64,000 bases of DNA from an uncultured Syntrophomonadaceae bacterium (GTDB lineage: Bacteria; Bacillota; Dethiobacteria; DTU022). The DNA is taken from contig CAZAKI010000001.1 of assembly GCA_964485855.1 (NCBI GenBank), forward strand, positions 33,066-97,065. Reading direction: 5' to 3'. Positions 1 through 10,678 of the stretch are shown here, piece after piece. The first letter of the stretch is position 1, and each line of letters starts with the position of its first letter. The position numbers and the translations under genes are program-made. Under the pieces are notes generated by a model. The model searched no databases. It was not told where the DNA came from and saw only the letters and a program-made list of their open reading frames with translations.

Positions 1-273
1 AAGTCTTTCTTCATCGCTGCTATCTAAAACAATAACTACTTTTGAACTAGTCGAAGAAAAAACCTGATTATCGACCAGTTCAGCCCCTTTAAGAAAAGTG
101 TATTTGCGGGGAATTGGTCCGGGTGTAAACATTTGCACCTTTTTACCAATTCTTTTTAACCCGGCGCCTAAAGCCAGCAGCGAACCAATACTATCACCAT
201 CAGGCAACATATGCGAAATTAAAGTGAAGTTATCGTCTTTCAGCAGGATTTCAATTATTTTCTCCCGATCGTT
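1..273 (-). CDS. nrnA: DHH-family phosphoesterase (NrnA-like oligoribonuclease/pAp phosphatase), N-terminal part; the gene runs off the window edge
   Basis: Translating the minus strand from the ATG at 273 gives MNDREKIIEILLKDDNFTLISHMLPDGDSIGSLLALGAG..., a typical DHH N-terminus with the DGD motif. The position after rbfA matches the conserved Firmicutes gene order. Confidence 0.6.
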
Positions 274-275
274 CA

Positions 276-632
276 TTAGATGTTCTCTTCATTATTCAAT
301 GATTTGATTACTTTTTCAATATGGGCACCGTATTCCATGGAATTATCGAGGAAAAAATTAATATCTGGTGTGTATCTTAACCTGATCCGCTTGCCAATTT
401 CGCTACGAATGAAGCCAGAAGCCCTGATTAATGTTTGTAACGTTTCATTTTTATCAGTATCACTTCCGTAAACACTGATATAAACAGAAGCATAGCGCAA
501 ATCCTTTGATAGCTCAACTCCTGTAACACTTGTCATCGCAACAATCCGCGGATCTTTAATTTCACCAGAAATAATAGAACTGATATCTTTTTTTATCTGT
601 TCGGCTACTCGCCGGACTCTGTTCTCAGACAT
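276..632 (-). CDS. rbfA: ribosome-binding factor A
   Basis: The 118 aa protein looks like RbfA, and it sits directly downstream of infB. Confidence 0.9.
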   Translation of the reverse strand: MSENRVRRVAEQIKKDISSIISGEIKDPRIVAMTSVTGVELSKDLRYASVYISVYGSDTDKNETLQTLIRASGFIRSEIGKRIRLRYTPDINFFLDNSMEYGAHIEKVIKSLNNEENI

Positions 633-681
633 CTTAAGCCTCCCACGCTCACTATAAACAACCGAGCCGGATCAACTTTTA

Positions 682-2778
682 TTAACGGGCCACTTGTTCC
701 ATAATATATGCTTCGACGATATCTCCCTCGTGTAAATCATTAAAGTTTTCCAGTAATATACCACACTCATATCCCGCTTGGACCTCGCGGACATCATCTT
801 TAAAACGTTTCAGTGAATCAATCTTCCCCGAGTCAAGTATAACCGTTCCGTCTCTAATCACCCTGATCAATGCATTGCGGTTAATCTTGCCTTCGGTAAC
901 ATGCGAGCCGGCAATATTCCCCAATCTTGATACTTTGAAAAGTTGGCGAACCTCAGCCTGACCTTGAATCACTTCTTTCATAATCGGTTTAAGTAAACCG
1001 GTTACGGCTGCCTTGATATCTTCTATCGCTTCATAAATAATTCGGTATAACCTGATATCAACTTGATCCTGTTCCGCCAACTTACGTGCATTATTATCCG
1101 GGCGGACATTAAAACCAATTACGATTGCATTTGAGGCTGAAGCCAGCATAATATCGGATTCACTGATCGCCCCGACACCTGTATGGATAATCTTAATCTG
1201 GACTTCTTCTAGACTTAACTTATAAAGAGCATCTTGCAAGGCTTCAACGGAACCATGAACATCGCCTTTTAAGATTAGATTCAAATCTTTAACTTCACCT
1301 TCCTGGATCTGTTTAAAAAGATCATCCAGGGTTACTCTTTGCGTATACCGAGTCGCCTCTTTTAGCTTCATGGATCTTTTTTGGGCTACCTGCCTGGCAA
1401 TGCGATCATCACTGACAACCTGAAAAAGATCTCCAGCTAGTGGAACTTCATTTAAGCCCTGTATTTCAACTGGAGTTGAAGGTCCGGCTGATTTAACTTT
1501 TTCTCCACGGTCATTAACCATTGCCCTTACTTTACCTGCTATTGAACCACAAATTATTGGATCGCCGACTCTCAAGGTACCATCCTGGACTAGAACAGTT
1601 GCTACTGGGCCGCGACCGCGGTCAAGTTTAGCCTCAATCACCGTTCCCCTACCAGATCTTTCGGGGCTTGCCTTTAATTCCGCAACTTCAGATAAAAGCA
1701 AGATCATCTCAAGCAATTCATCCAATCCGTCGCCCCGAATTGCGCTGACAGCGACAAATATAGTATCCCCACCCCACTCTTCAGCAACCAGGCCGTGTTC
1801 AGAAAGCTGTTGTTTAACGCGATCGGGATTAGCATCCGGTTTGTCAATTTTATTTACGGCAACCAAGATCGGTACCTGGGCAGCCTTAGCATGATTTATG
1901 GCTTCAATCGTTTGTGGCATGACACCGTCATCAGCTGCGACTACGAGAATTGCTAAATCAGTTACCTGGGCGCCCCTGGCGCGCATTGCCGTAAAGGCTT
2001 CATGACCGGGGGTGTCAAGGAAAACGATCTTTTTATCGTTGACCTTAACCTGGTAAGCACCAATATGCTGGGTAATACCACCAAATTCTCCTGCAGTTAC
2101 ATTGGCACTTCTAATGGCGTCCAGCAAAGATGTTTTACCGTGATCTACATGCCCCAACACGGTCACTACTGGTTTCCTGGGTAGTTCTTTCTTCTGATCG
2201 TCACCCTCAAAAGCAAGCAGTTCTTCTTCCACCGGATCTTCGATATAATCAAGATCATAGCCGTATTCATCTGCTACAAGCTCTATTGTCTCCTGATTCA
2301 AGGGTTGGTTAATATTGGCCATCACGCCTACTTCGAGCAAAAAACCGATCAATTGAGATGGTGTTATTTCCAGATGACCGGCAAGTTCACCGACAGAAAC
2401 CTGCCCTTCCAATTTAATGCTAGGCTTTTTTGCTTTTAGCAGAGCTGCCCTTTTTTCTTCTTGAATTGCTTTACGAGCCTTCCTACTCGGAGCAACTGCT
2501 TTTTCTTCAATTACTTTTTTTTCTTTCTTTTTAGCCGGTTTCGATGGTTCTTCTTCCTTCTCACTTGTTACTTTTTCTTTTTCTACTTTTGGAGAATCCT
2601 GCGGTGGTTTCTCATCAGACTGTCCAGTTAAAACTGACATCACTCTTTTAGCTTCGTCATCAGTCAAGGTACTCATATGGTTATTAACTATAATTTCCAT
2701 ACTTTCCATTACTTCAATTAACTTTTTACTGGTTATACCCAGCTCTTTTGCCAACTCATACACCCGTACTTTACTCAT
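682..2778 (-). CDS. infB: translation initiation factor IF-2
   Basis: 698 aa. It has the GTPase G-domain motifs GHVDHGKT and DTPGH, a lysine/glutamate-rich N-terminal region, and the conserved nusA-infB-rbfA context. Confidence 0.95.
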   Translation of the reverse strand: MSKVRVYELAKELGITSKKLIEVMESMEIIVNNHMSTLTDDEAKRVMSVLTGQSDEKPPQDSPKVEKEKVTSEKEEEPSKPAKKKEKKVIEEKAVAPSRKARKAIQEEKRAALLKAKKPSIKLEGQVSVGELAGHLEITPSQLIGFLLEVGVMANINQPLNQETIELVADEYGYDLDYIEDPVEEELLAFEGDDQKKELPRKPVVTVLGHVDHGKTSLLDAIRSANVTAGEFGGITQHIGAYQVKVNDKKIVFLDTPGHEAFTAMRARGAQVTDLAILVVAADDGVMPQTIEAINHAKAAQVPILVAVNKIDKPDANPDRVKQQLSEHGLVAEEWGGDTIFVAVSAIRGDGLDELLEMILLLSEVAELKASPERSGRGTVIEAKLDRGRGPVATVLVQDGTLRVGDPIICGSIAGKVRAMVNDRGEKVKSAGPSTPVEIQGLNEVPLAGDLFQVVSDDRIARQVAQKRSMKLKEATRYTQRVTLDDLFKQIQEGEVKDLNLILKGDVHGSVEALQDALYKLSLEEVQIKIIHTGVGAISESDIMLASASNAIVIGFNVRPDNNARKLAEQDQVDIRLYRIIYEAIEDIKAAVTGLLKPIMKEVIQGQAEVRQLFKVSRLGNIAGSHVTEGKINRNALIRVIRDGTVILDSGKIDSLKRFKDDVREVQAGYECGILLENFNDLHEGDIVEAYIMEQVAR

Positions 2779-2812
2779 TAAAACACCTCCATCAAGTAAA
2801 CCCTCCCCGTTT

Positions 2813-3097
2813 TCAACCTTCTAAATGTCGGGTTTGTAACAAGAGTTCAATTAATTCAGCCTCCAACTCAGCCGATATCGGCTGCTGTAAATTCTTTTCC
2901 AGCCTCTTGCCCTTGATTGCATGCTTCAAGCAGTCTTCAAGGGGGCAAATATAAGCTCCTCTACCAGGTTTCTTACCGGTTAGATCAAGGACAATTTGCT
3001 GATCGGGAGTCCTTACTATTCGTATTAGCTCCCGTTTTGATTTTTGTTGTCGGCAACCAATGCAGGTTCGCATTGGAATTTTTCTTTTCCTAATCAT
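2813..3097 (-). CDS. ylxR: YlxR/RnpM family (DUF448) RNA-binding protein
   Basis: 94 aa with RTCIGCR near the N-terminus and the GRGAY motif. It lies between nusA and infB. Confidence 0.8.
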   Translation of the reverse strand: MIRKRKIPMRTCIGCRQQKSKRELIRIVRTPDQQIVLDLTGKKPGRGAYICPLEDCLKHAIKGKRLEKNLQQPISAELEAELIELLLQTRHLEG

Positions 3098-4277
3098 TAT
3101 TTTCTATTTCCTCTTCCGGATCAACTCCCGGGTTTGGATCTGGATCACTATCTTGGCTAAGATCTTCTACAGAGCTTTGATCGATATCAACTTCATTATC
3201 TTCATCTGATTTTTCAGCCAGTCCGATTGCTGAAAGACTTTTTTCTGTATATTGCGTCTCACTCGATATATCGACCTTCCATCCGGTAATTTTTGCGGAT
3301 AAGCGGGCATTTTGACCCTCTTTTCCTATAGCCAGTGACAGCTGGTTGTCAGGAACAACAACTGTTGCCAGTTTATTTTCCGAATCAAGCATTACCGATG
3401 CAACCTTCGCCGGACTGAGCGCATTAGCGATGTATTCTTCAGTTTCTTCACTCCATTTTACGATATCAATTTTTTCACCTTTTAGCTCGGTGCTAATTGC
3501 TTGAACTCTACTTCCTTTTGGCCCTACACAAGCCCCCACAGGATCAATATCTTTGTTGTTAGAATAAACCGCTAATTTTGAGCGATATCCGGCTTCGCGC
3601 GCAGCAGCTTTGATTTCAACAATGCCTTCATAAATCTCCGGTACTTCCATTTCAAATAAACGTTTTAGAAAACCGGTATGTGTCCGCGATACGATGATTT
3701 GGGGTCCCTTGGTTGTTTTTTTGACATCGACGATATACGCTTTAACTCTTTCTCCCTGCCGATACCGTTCGTGGTTTATCTGCTCTTCAATGGGCAATAT
3801 CGCTTCTGTTCTTCCCAAATCAATGATTACATTGCGCTGCTCGAATCTTCTTACCAATCCGGTAATAATCTCTTCTGTTCTGTCAACAAAACTTTCATAA
3901 ATAAGTTCGCGTTCTGCTTCCCTGATCCGCTGAATAACAACCTGTTTTGCAGTCTGGGCGGCAATTCTTCCGAATTCTTTCGGAGTTACTTCCATTTCAA
4001 TCAGATCACCAAGCTGGCAGCGTGGATCATATACTTTTGCTTCATAAAGGCTGACTTCCTGTTGTTCTGATTCAACATTCTCAACCACTTTAAGCTGGGA
4101 AAACACCTTAATCTCTCCGGTATCGCGGTCAATAGTAACACTTACCGCCGGGGCAGACTGATAATTTCTTTTATAAGCTGATATCAGTGCAACTTCGAGC
4201 GCATCAAACAGAATATCTTTACTAATCCCTTTCTCTTTTTCAAGGGAATCAAGAGCTGCAAAAAGCTCTTTATTCAT
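3090..4277 (-). CDS. nusA: transcription termination/antitermination factor NusA
   Basis: 395 aa with NusA N-terminal, S1 and KH regions, in the rimP-nusA-infB context. Confidence 0.95.
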   Translation of the reverse strand: MNKELFAALDSLEKEKGISKDILFDALEVALISAYKRNYQSAPAVSVTIDRDTGEIKVFSQLKVVENVESEQQEVSLYEAKVYDPRCQLGDLIEMEVTPKEFGRIAAQTAKQVVIQRIREAERELIYESFVDRTEEIITGLVRRFEQRNVIIDLGRTEAILPIEEQINHERYRQGERVKAYIVDVKKTTKGPQIIVSRTHTGFLKRLFEMEVPEIYEGIVEIKAAAREAGYRSKLAVYSNNKDIDPVGACVGPKGSRVQAISTELKGEKIDIVKWSEETEEYIANALSPAKVASVMLDSENKLATVVVPDNQLSLAIGKEGQNARLSAKITGWKVDISSETQYTEKSLSAIGLAEKSDEDNEVDIDQSSVEDLSQDSDPDPNPGVDPEEEIENND

Positions 4278-4299
4278 TTTCCGCTAAACCTCCTTTCTT

Positions 4300-4788
4300 T
4301 CATTTGCTTTTCATATTCTTCGTCCCTGGTTTAATAGACCATCGATGAGCTTTTTGAATTAAACCGAAGGGTATCTCGGTCTCTAGACCCCCCTCACTTT
4401 CAACTGTGATAAAACCAGCATTAACATTCTTCAGCTTTCCGGCAAACTTATCTTTTCCAAGAATTGCTTCCGAAGTTGATATCTTAACCATATCTCCGAT
4501 AAAACGCTTAAAATGTTCGATTTTTTTCAGAGGTCTTTCAGGTCCAGGTGAAGATACTTCAAGCAAGTAAGCATGAGGCAAAGGATCGTGTAAATCTAAA
4601 AGTCCTGAAATTGCTTTGCTAATTTCCTCACAATTTTCAATTGTCACCCCTGCGGAAGAATCAATACAGACAAATACTTTCCCCTGGCGCCCTGAATAGT
4701 AATTTAAATCGATCATTTCGAAACCCCTGTTCTCGATCAAAGGCTCAATCAATTCCACCAGTTTCTTTCTTGTATCTTCCCAGTTCAT
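4300..4788 (-). CDS. rimP: ribosome maturation factor RimP
   Basis: 162 aa immediately upstream of nusA. The N-terminus matches the RimP family. Confidence 0.9.
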   Translation of the reverse strand: MNWEDTRKKLVELIEPLIENRGFEMIDLNYYSGRQGKVFVCIDSSAGVTIENCEEISKAISGLLDLHDPLPHAYLLEVSSPGPERPLKKIEHFKRFIGDMVKISTSEAILGKDKFAGKLKNVNAGFITVESEGGLETEIPFGLIQKAHRWSIKPGTKNMKSK

Positions 4789-4912
4789 CTAAATTCCTCT
4801 TAAACAGTAAAAACCCTCTGTAACATGAAAGAGTGGGAAACCCCACCCTTCGCGAAAAATTCTTCCTTTTTTAATTTATCATAAAGAATCTCCGGATGCA
4901 ATAGCGGCAGCT

Positions 4913-4941
4913 ATTTTAGCCGGATATCTAAATCCTTGCAA
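4913..4941 (-). promoter_or_regulatory. candidate sigma-70-type promoter for the rimP-nusA-infB operon (-35 TTGCAA, 17-nt spacer, -10 TAAAAT)
   Basis: On the minus strand, TTGCAA sits at 4941..4936 and TAAAAT at 4918..4913. The pair lies just downstream of the GT2 stop and about 125 nt before the rimP start. Confidence 0.35.
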
Positions 4942-4945
4942 TCAG

Positions 4946-5590
4946 TTATTTACTATGATCAGCATTTAAAGCATAACGGATAATTTCCCAGTACATTCGT
5001 AATCTTGAAAATAAACCTTTCCAAAATCCGAGTTTTTCCTCTTTCATAATATGGGATAGATCCGGTAATTCTACGGTTACATTTTCAATATTCTGTTCCT
5101 CAACGTATTGGTGGAGGGCAACCTCAAGGCCAAAACGGGCCAGATCAAGATCGGAAAGATTTTCCAATATGTTTCGCTTTATCGCTCGTTGGCCTGAGAG
5201 AAATGGTGCAACTTTTTGTGCAAAATCAGTAATAATTCTACCTTTTTTAAAAACACCTGTTGTCATCAGCGCTTCCCCCTTAATCAGGGGAATGATTAAA
5301 GACTGAATATGCTCCGAGGTTAATCCGGTTAAATCAGCGTCAAGAATGAGAACGATTTCATTTTGACAATTATCAAGACCAGCTTTAACCGCACCACCCT
5401 TACCGCGATTCTCAAGCAATTCGATGATTCGGACTTCCTTAAAGGCTGAAGCGACCTGCACTGTCTGGTCCTCTGAACCATCACTAACAACTATGATTTC
5501 ATCAATCAGAGGCGTAGCGATAATCGTTTTCAAAACAGGACCAATATTATCTTCTTCATTAAAGGCCGGAATAATCACCGTAGTTTTCAA
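4946..5590 (-). CDS. family 2 glycosyltransferase (small, soluble GT-A fold)
   Basis: 214 aa starting MKTTVIIPAFNEE, with a DxD-like LDADL motif and no predicted membrane region. Confidence 0.7.
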   Translation of the reverse strand: MKTTVIIPAFNEEDNIGPVLKTIIATPLIDEIIVVSDGSEDQTVQVASAFKEVRIIELLENRGKGGAVKAGLDNCQNEIVLILDADLTGLTSEHIQSLIIPLIKGEALMTTGVFKKGRIITDFAQKVAPFLSGQRAIKRNILENLSDLDLARFGLEVALHQYVEEQNIENVTVELPDLSHIMKEEKLGFWKGLFSRLRMYWEIIRYALNADHSK

Positions 5591-6684
5591 TAATCTTTGC
5601 CTGCTCCTTTTTTGTGATCAATCCGTTCTTTTTCCAATTCTAAACTTAAAACATTTAGAAGCTGATCAAGGTTAACTCTTTTGATCACCTTACCTTTCTT
5701 AAAAAGCAATCCCTTTTTTTGGCCGGCGCAAACCCCGATATCAGCTTCCCTTGCTTCGCCCGGGCCATTGACAGCGCAACCCATAACAGCAACTGTCAGC
5801 GGCAAATCGTAGTGTTCTAAAATACTTTCAACTTCATTTGACAGGCTGACCAAATCTACCTGGCAACGACCGCAGGTAGGACATGAAATCAACTCAGCAT
5901 TAAAGCGGCGCAACTTCAGGGCCTGAAGAATTTTTTTGGCAATCTTAATCTCTTCAACCGGTGAAGCTGTCAGCGAGACCCTGATTGTGTCACCAATCCC
6001 TTCAGCCAAAAGCGTGCCTATGCCAATTGCTCCCTTAATCATCCCTGTCTCCAAGGGACCGGCTTCAGTAATTCCCAAATGTAAAGGATATTCAGTTTGG
6101 ACTGCAAAAAGACGATTAGCGTTAATTGTTTTCAAGACATCAGAATCCTTAATTGAAACTACAAAATTTTGATAATTTATTTTTTCTAGGCTCTCAACAA
6201 AACCAAACACTGAATTGACCAAAGCTTCCGAAGGAGAATGTTTGTAAAGGTCGTACCATTTTCTTTCGAGAGACCCGGAATTAACGCCGATCCGCATTGC
6301 TAAGCCAAGGTCTGCTGCTTTACGTGCAATCTCCAGAAATTTTTTGTAACCACCAATATTACCGGGATTGATCCTAACCTTGCAAATACCATTATCCATA
6401 GCCGCCAGGGCCAGTTTATAGTCAAAATGAATATCGGCAATTACCGGCAGCGGACTCCGGCTGGTTATTACTTTAAGGGCATCTGCTGCTTCAAAGTTTG
6501 GAACAGCAACACGAATCAGCTCACATCCATTTTCAGCCAAAAGCTTTATTTGCTCCAGAGTCGCAGCAGCATCAGTTGTTTCAGTATTGGTCATCGATTG
6601 GATTGAAACCGGCGCCTGACCGCCAATTTCGAGTGTTCCGACCTTAACTGTTCGTGTTTTTCTTCGATTTCCGGTACTATTCAT
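5587..6684 (-). CDS. ispG: 4-hydroxy-3-methylbut-2-enyl diphosphate synthase IspG (GcpE)
   Basis: 365 aa. The conserved N-terminal VGxxxIGGxAPxSxQSMT-like segment and the C-terminal Cys cluster (CPTCGRC) are present. Confidence 0.9.
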   Translation of the reverse strand: MNSTGNRRKTRTVKVGTLEIGGQAPVSIQSMTNTETTDAAATLEQIKLLAENGCELIRVAVPNFEAADALKVITSRSPLPVIADIHFDYKLALAAMDNGICKVRINPGNIGGYKKFLEIARKAADLGLAMRIGVNSGSLERKWYDLYKHSPSEALVNSVFGFVESLEKINYQNFVVSIKDSDVLKTINANRLFAVQTEYPLHLGITEAGPLETGMIKGAIGIGTLLAEGIGDTIRVSLTASPVEEIKIAKKILQALKLRRFNAELISCPTCGRCQVDLVSLSNEVESILEHYDLPLTVAVMGCAVNGPGEAREADIGVCAGQKKGLLFKKGKVIKRVNLDQLLNVLSLELEKERIDHKKGAGKDY

Positions 6685-6744
6685 TTTATTTTTGATTTAT
6701 GGTTAGCCCCTAAATCAGTTCTTCCCTTCGTTTTCGGTTGAAAA

Positions 6745-7764
6745 CTAGTTGCCAGGAATAACATCCCAGCGAATCAGATCCTGATAAGAAATAAATAGGA
6801 GATAGAAAATAAGCAAGGCAAAACCGATGAAATGAATTAAACCTTCTTTTTCCGGTTCGATTCTTTTACCCCTGATTGCTTCGACTGCTAAAAAGAAAAG
6901 GCGACCGCCATCTAAAGCGGGAATCGGTAACAAGTTCATAATTCCTAAGCTGATACTAATCAGAGCAGTTAATAACAGCAGGTTCACCAACCCGGTTTGC
7001 GCCACTTCACCGATGACAAATACAATCCCAACAGGACCGGTGACATCGAGTGGCGCCTGGCCGGTAACAACCTGGAATATTGAAGTAATAATCATCCCAA
7101 AGCGTTGAAAACTGTTACTTAAAGAGGCAACGAAACGATATTTTTCTACCGGCGGCGCAATCCCGATCATGCCGCGTCCAGATTCCGGATCGATAATTGT
7201 TGTTAAGCTGGTATTAAATTGATCCCCGTTTCTCTCAATCAGTAATTTGATCTCCTGCTCTGGCTTAACCGATATATAAGTCAGCACGTCATTCCAATCT
7301 TCCACAGCCTGCTCATTTACTGCGACGATCAGGTCACCGCTCTGTAGCCCCTCGGTTTCCGCAGGCATCCCTTCAATTACCGTTCCAATTCTTCCACTGG
7401 AGGTTGTTGGTATTCCAATGATAAAGAAAAAAATCATAAAAAAAACAGTTAAGGCTAAGACGAGATTCATGCCTGCACCTGAAATAAGGACAGCCGCACG
7501 GCTGATCAGCGGTTTTTGCGGAAAGCTATCCGGTTCTTCGGCTTCTTCGGGGTTTTCGCCCAACATTCGGCAAAAACCGCCGAGAGGAAATATTCTTAAA
7601 GAATAATCAATATCATTTTTTCTCCAACCGATTAATTTTGGGCCAAAACCGATAGCCAATTCAATGACTTTAATGCCGGTTAATCTGGCCACAAAGTAAT
7701 GACCAAGTTCATGAACCAGGATTAAAACCCCGAATATTAAAATTGAAGCAACGATCGTTTGCAT
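6745..7764 (-). CDS. rseP: RIP site-2 zinc metalloprotease RseP
   Basis: HELGHY zinc motif in the first transmembrane region and multiple membrane helices. The start is set at the internal ATG (MQTIVASIL...), which fits the family and avoids overlap with dxr. Confidence 0.85.
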   Translation of the reverse strand: MQTIVASILIFGVLILVHELGHYFVARLTGIKVIELAIGFGPKLIGWRKNDIDYSLRIFPLGGFCRMLGENPEEAEEPDSFPQKPLISRAAVLISGAGMNLVLALTVFFMIFFFIIGIPTTSSGRIGTVIEGMPAETEGLQSGDLIVAVNEQAVEDWNDVLTYISVKPEQEIKLLIERNGDQFNTSLTTIIDPESGRGMIGIAPPVEKYRFVASLSNSFQRFGMIITSIFQVVTGQAPLDVTGPVGIVFVIGEVAQTGLVNLLLLTALISISLGIMNLLPIPALDGGRLFFLAVEAIRGKRIEPEKEGLIHFIGFALLIFYLLFISYQDLIRWDVIPGN

Positions 7765-7768
7765 TTTA

Positions 7769-8932
7769 TCAATCCTTCCCACCAAATTGTTTCCCAATGT
7801 CTAAAGCCGTCATGCGTGCCCAATGATCAGCTTCAACAATATCATTTAGCTCAGGTGATTTAAGGTGTTGATGTTTGTTCATAACATCTTCAATCATAAG
7901 CGCAATCCCATTAAAGGAAAGCTCCTTTTTTAAAAACAGATTTACTGCTATTTCATTGGCGGCGTTTAAAACCGCAGGCATTGTTCCACCAAGCAATGCT
8001 GCCTGGCGTGCAAGCTTGAGACAAGGAAAATTATCCAGATCAGGTTTTTCAAAACTAAGGGTTGCCCCATAGGGGGAAAATGCTTCCACCTGACTTTTTT
8101 TCCGCTCAGGATAGGTTAGGGCAAATTGAATTGGTGTTCGCATATCCGGTACGCCTAACTGAGCAATTATCGATCCGTCAATATATTCTACCATAGAATG
8201 AACAATACTTTGACGGTGGACCACAACTTCAATCTGTTCAAGCTCAAGACCGAATAACCATCGTGCTTCCATTACTTCCAAGCCCTTGTTCATCATCGTT
8301 GCTGAATCAATCGTTATTTTAGCACCCATTTTCCAATTGGGATGCGCCAGGGCCTGTTCAGGACTGATTTTTTCAAGTTCTTTCCGCTTCATCCCGAAAA
8401 AAGGGCCGCCGGATGCCGTTAAATAGATGCGTAGAATCTCTTTTTTTGATAAAGCGGTCCATGACTGTTTGATGGCAGAATGTTCACTGTCAACCGGTAA
8501 AATCAATTTTTTACCGAGTAATCCCTCTCTCGCTAAGATTTCACCACCGACAACCAGGGATTCTTTATTCGCCAAGGCCACTGTTTTACCTGCTCTCAAA
8601 GCTGCCACAAGCGGCTCAAAACCGCTGAAACCGACGAGAGCTAAGACAATCAGATCAGCTTCAGGCCAGGTTGCCGCCATAATTTGACCTTGTGCACCAC
8701 TCTCAATCCGACACTCAGCATTTCCAATCAAACTAGCAATACTAGAGGCGCTCTTATGATCGCTGAGCACCACTAACTGCGGACTATAACGTCCGACTTG
8801 ATCAGCCAGCTTTTCATAATTGCGATTTGCGGTTAATGCAATAACTTTGTACTCGGGTTTTAAGCTGTCAACTACTTCAAGAGTCTGTTTGCCGATTGAC
8901 CCGGTTGAACCTAGAATAGCAATATTTTTCAA
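7769..8932 (-). CDS. dxr: 1-deoxy-D-xylulose 5-phosphate reductoisomerase
   Basis: 387 aa. The N-terminal MKNIAILGSTGSIGKQTL NADPH-binding motif is present. Confidence 0.95.
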   Translation of the reverse strand: MKNIAILGSTGSIGKQTLEVVDSLKPEYKVIALTANRNYEKLADQVGRYSPQLVVLSDHKSASSIASLIGNAECRIESGAQGQIMAATWPEADLIVLALVGFSGFEPLVAALRAGKTVALANKESLVVGGEILAREGLLGKKLILPVDSEHSAIKQSWTALSKKEILRIYLTASGGPFFGMKRKELEKISPEQALAHPNWKMGAKITIDSATMMNKGLEVMEARWLFGLELEQIEVVVHRQSIVHSMVEYIDGSIIAQLGVPDMRTPIQFALTYPERKKSQVEAFSPYGATLSFEKPDLDNFPCLKLARQAALLGGTMPAVLNAANEIAVNLFLKKELSFNGIALMIEDVMNKHQHLKSPELNDIVEADHWARMTALDIGKQFGGKD

Positions 8933-9744
8933 AGTTGAACTCCCTTAAGCAGGTTGATAAAAATAAAAAAATAGTAAACAAAGGGAGCTGACAGCAATAA
9001 ACTGTCCATTCGATCCAGGATCCCTCCGTGCCCCGGGATTAAACCTCCTGAATCTTTGACTTTTAGCTGTCTTTTTAGCGCAGATTCCAACAGATCGCCT
9101 AGCTGGGCAAATATAGCAATCCCCAACCCCAATATTGCCGCTTGCAGTGGATTAATTGGTAAGTAATCTGGCCAAAGAATTGTCATTGAAAAAAGAATCG
9201 TAGTCAATCCAAGAACTCCTGCCAACGAACCTTCCACCGATTTATTAGGGCTAATGAGCGGGGCAAACTTTCGCACTCCCCATTTAATGCCGATAAAATA
9301 GGCAAGTGTGTCATGAATCCATACGCTGAACAACAGAATATAAGTATAGAAAGTTCCTTCCGGAAGCATCCGCAAGGACACCATGTAACCTGCTAACACC
9401 CCGAGATAGATTATGCCCCATAACAGTAATGCAGATTCGGAAATACTAAACCGTCCCATATAAAACAAGGCATGTAAAGACAGTAGTACCAATAAGATCA
9501 TCAGAGCCGCATAAAGAAACTGCTGCTGCTCAAGATAAAAGATCCAGATCATCAAGGTAACTCCAACAAAGCCGAAGGAAATAGGCAAATAAAAGCCCTG
9601 GCTTTTAAACATTTTATAGTATTCAAAGATCCCTAAGTTAACAGCAATCATTAAAAGCAGGGTATACCAAATCCCACCTAGATAAACTGCCCCGATGACA
9701 ATCGGAATACCAATCAGAGCGGAAATAACTCGTAGATAAAACAT
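8929..9744 (-). CDS. cdsA: phosphatidate cytidylyltransferase
   Basis: 271 aa integral membrane protein between uppS and dxr, with a CTP-transferase C-terminal signature. Confidence 0.85.
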   Translation of the reverse strand: MFYLRVISALIGIPIVIGAVYLGGIWYTLLLMIAVNLGIFEYYKMFKSQGFYLPISFGFVGVTLMIWIFYLEQQQFLYAALMILLVLLSLHALFYMGRFSISESALLLWGIIYLGVLAGYMVSLRMLPEGTFYTYILLFSVWIHDTLAYFIGIKWGVRKFAPLISPNKSVEGSLAGVLGLTTILFSMTILWPDYLPINPLQAAILGLGIAIFAQLGDLLESALKRQLKVKDSGGLIPGHGGILDRMDSLLLSAPFVYYFFIFINLLKGVQL

Positions 9745-9764
9745 CTGATCACCTTTTCTCGTGC

Positions 9765-10505
9765 TTAAACTTTTCCGTATCTTCTTTTACGTTTCTGAAA
9801 TGCGTCGACCGCTTTTAGTAATTCCAGTTTTCCGAAATCAGGCCAATAAACATCTGTAAACCACAATTCAGTATAGGCCAGTTGCCATAATAAAAAGTTA
9901 CTAACCCGTAGCTCTCCACTGGTTCTGATCAATAGATCGGGATCGGGCAGATCTTTCGTATAGAGGTAGCGGGAAAAATGCTCTTCTGATATTTGATTAA
10001 TTTTTCCATCTTTAAAAGCTTTTTCAATCAAGCAATTGACTGCATTTAATATTTCAGCCCGCGAGCCGTAATTTAAGGCAAAGTTCAAGATCATACCGCT
10101 ATTATCCTTCGTTGCCTCAGCACCTTCAGCAATGACTTTCTTCACTTTGTGAGGCAATTTGCTCTGATCACCGATCATTTTTACCTGCACATTGTTTTTA
10201 ATTAATTCCGGCAGCTCTGTTTGAAAGTACTTTTCAGGCAAGCTCATCAGGTAATTCACTTCCCACACTGGCCGCTGCCAATTTTCAGTGGAAAACGCAA
10301 ACAAGGTCAAGATCTCTATACCCAGGCTGTTACAATACCTTACAGTACTGCGTACTGTTTCCACACCCTGACGATGACCTTCGTGACGAGCCAAATTATG
10401 TTCAGCTGCCCACCTGCCATTTCCATCCATGATGATCGCAATATGCACAGGCAATTTTTCTGTGCGGATATGTGTTTCCAGATCCTTGATTTGTTGTACC
10501 GTCAT
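9765..10505 (-). CDS. uppS: isoprenyl transferase (undecaprenyl diphosphate synthase)
   Basis: The DGNGRWA motif is present. The start is placed at the ATG at 10505 (MTVQQIKD...), which has a GGTGG Shine-Dalgarno 9 nt upstream. The extra 54 codons in the longer ORF-track version do not match UppS. Confidence 0.9.
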   Translation of the reverse strand: MTVQQIKDLETHIRTEKLPVHIAIIMDGNGRWAAEHNLARHEGHRQGVETVRSTVRYCNSLGIEILTLFAFSTENWQRPVWEVNYLMSLPEKYFQTELPELIKNNVQVKMIGDQSKLPHKVKKVIAEGAEATKDNSGMILNFALNYGSRAEILNAVNCLIEKAFKDGKINQISEEHFSRYLYTKDLPDPDLLIRTSGELRVSNFLLWQLAYTELWFTDVYWPDFGKLELLKAVDAFQKRKRRYGKV

Positions 10506-10678
10506 TATTAATAAACCACCGTCTAGATAATAAACGACTCTCCCTTGCATCAAAAGAGAGAGCCTCTTCTTGATCAGATTATACCCGCAAATTATACAAT
10601 CGGCTTGAAACCTCTGTCGCGTCAGCTCTCCCGGATTAATGCAGTAAAAACCATTAACATCTACCAAAACGATCTAAC

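Noticed and set aside
98-307. A 69-aa plus-strand ORF at the window start, together with roughly 60 other short ORFs in the track that lie antisense to the minus-strand genes.
   Set aside because: The first ORF lies entirely antisense to the nrnA-like and rbfA genes and resembles no protein family. The others are low-complexity or S/P/R-rich and have no Shine-Dalgarno. They are the usual open antisense frames of coding DNA.
4830-4850. An 8-bp hairpin (GGGTGGGG-UUU-CCCACUCU on the minus strand) in the rimP leader, considered as a terminator or attenuator.
   Set aside because: No U-tract follows it and the stem is short. It may be a minor leader structure, but there is not enough evidence to call it a terminator.
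10540-10580. Weak CTCTC/GAGAG hairpin followed by a U-rich stretch between frr and uppS.
   Set aside because: The stem is only 5-6 bp with mismatches. It could be a weak attenuator but is not convincing.
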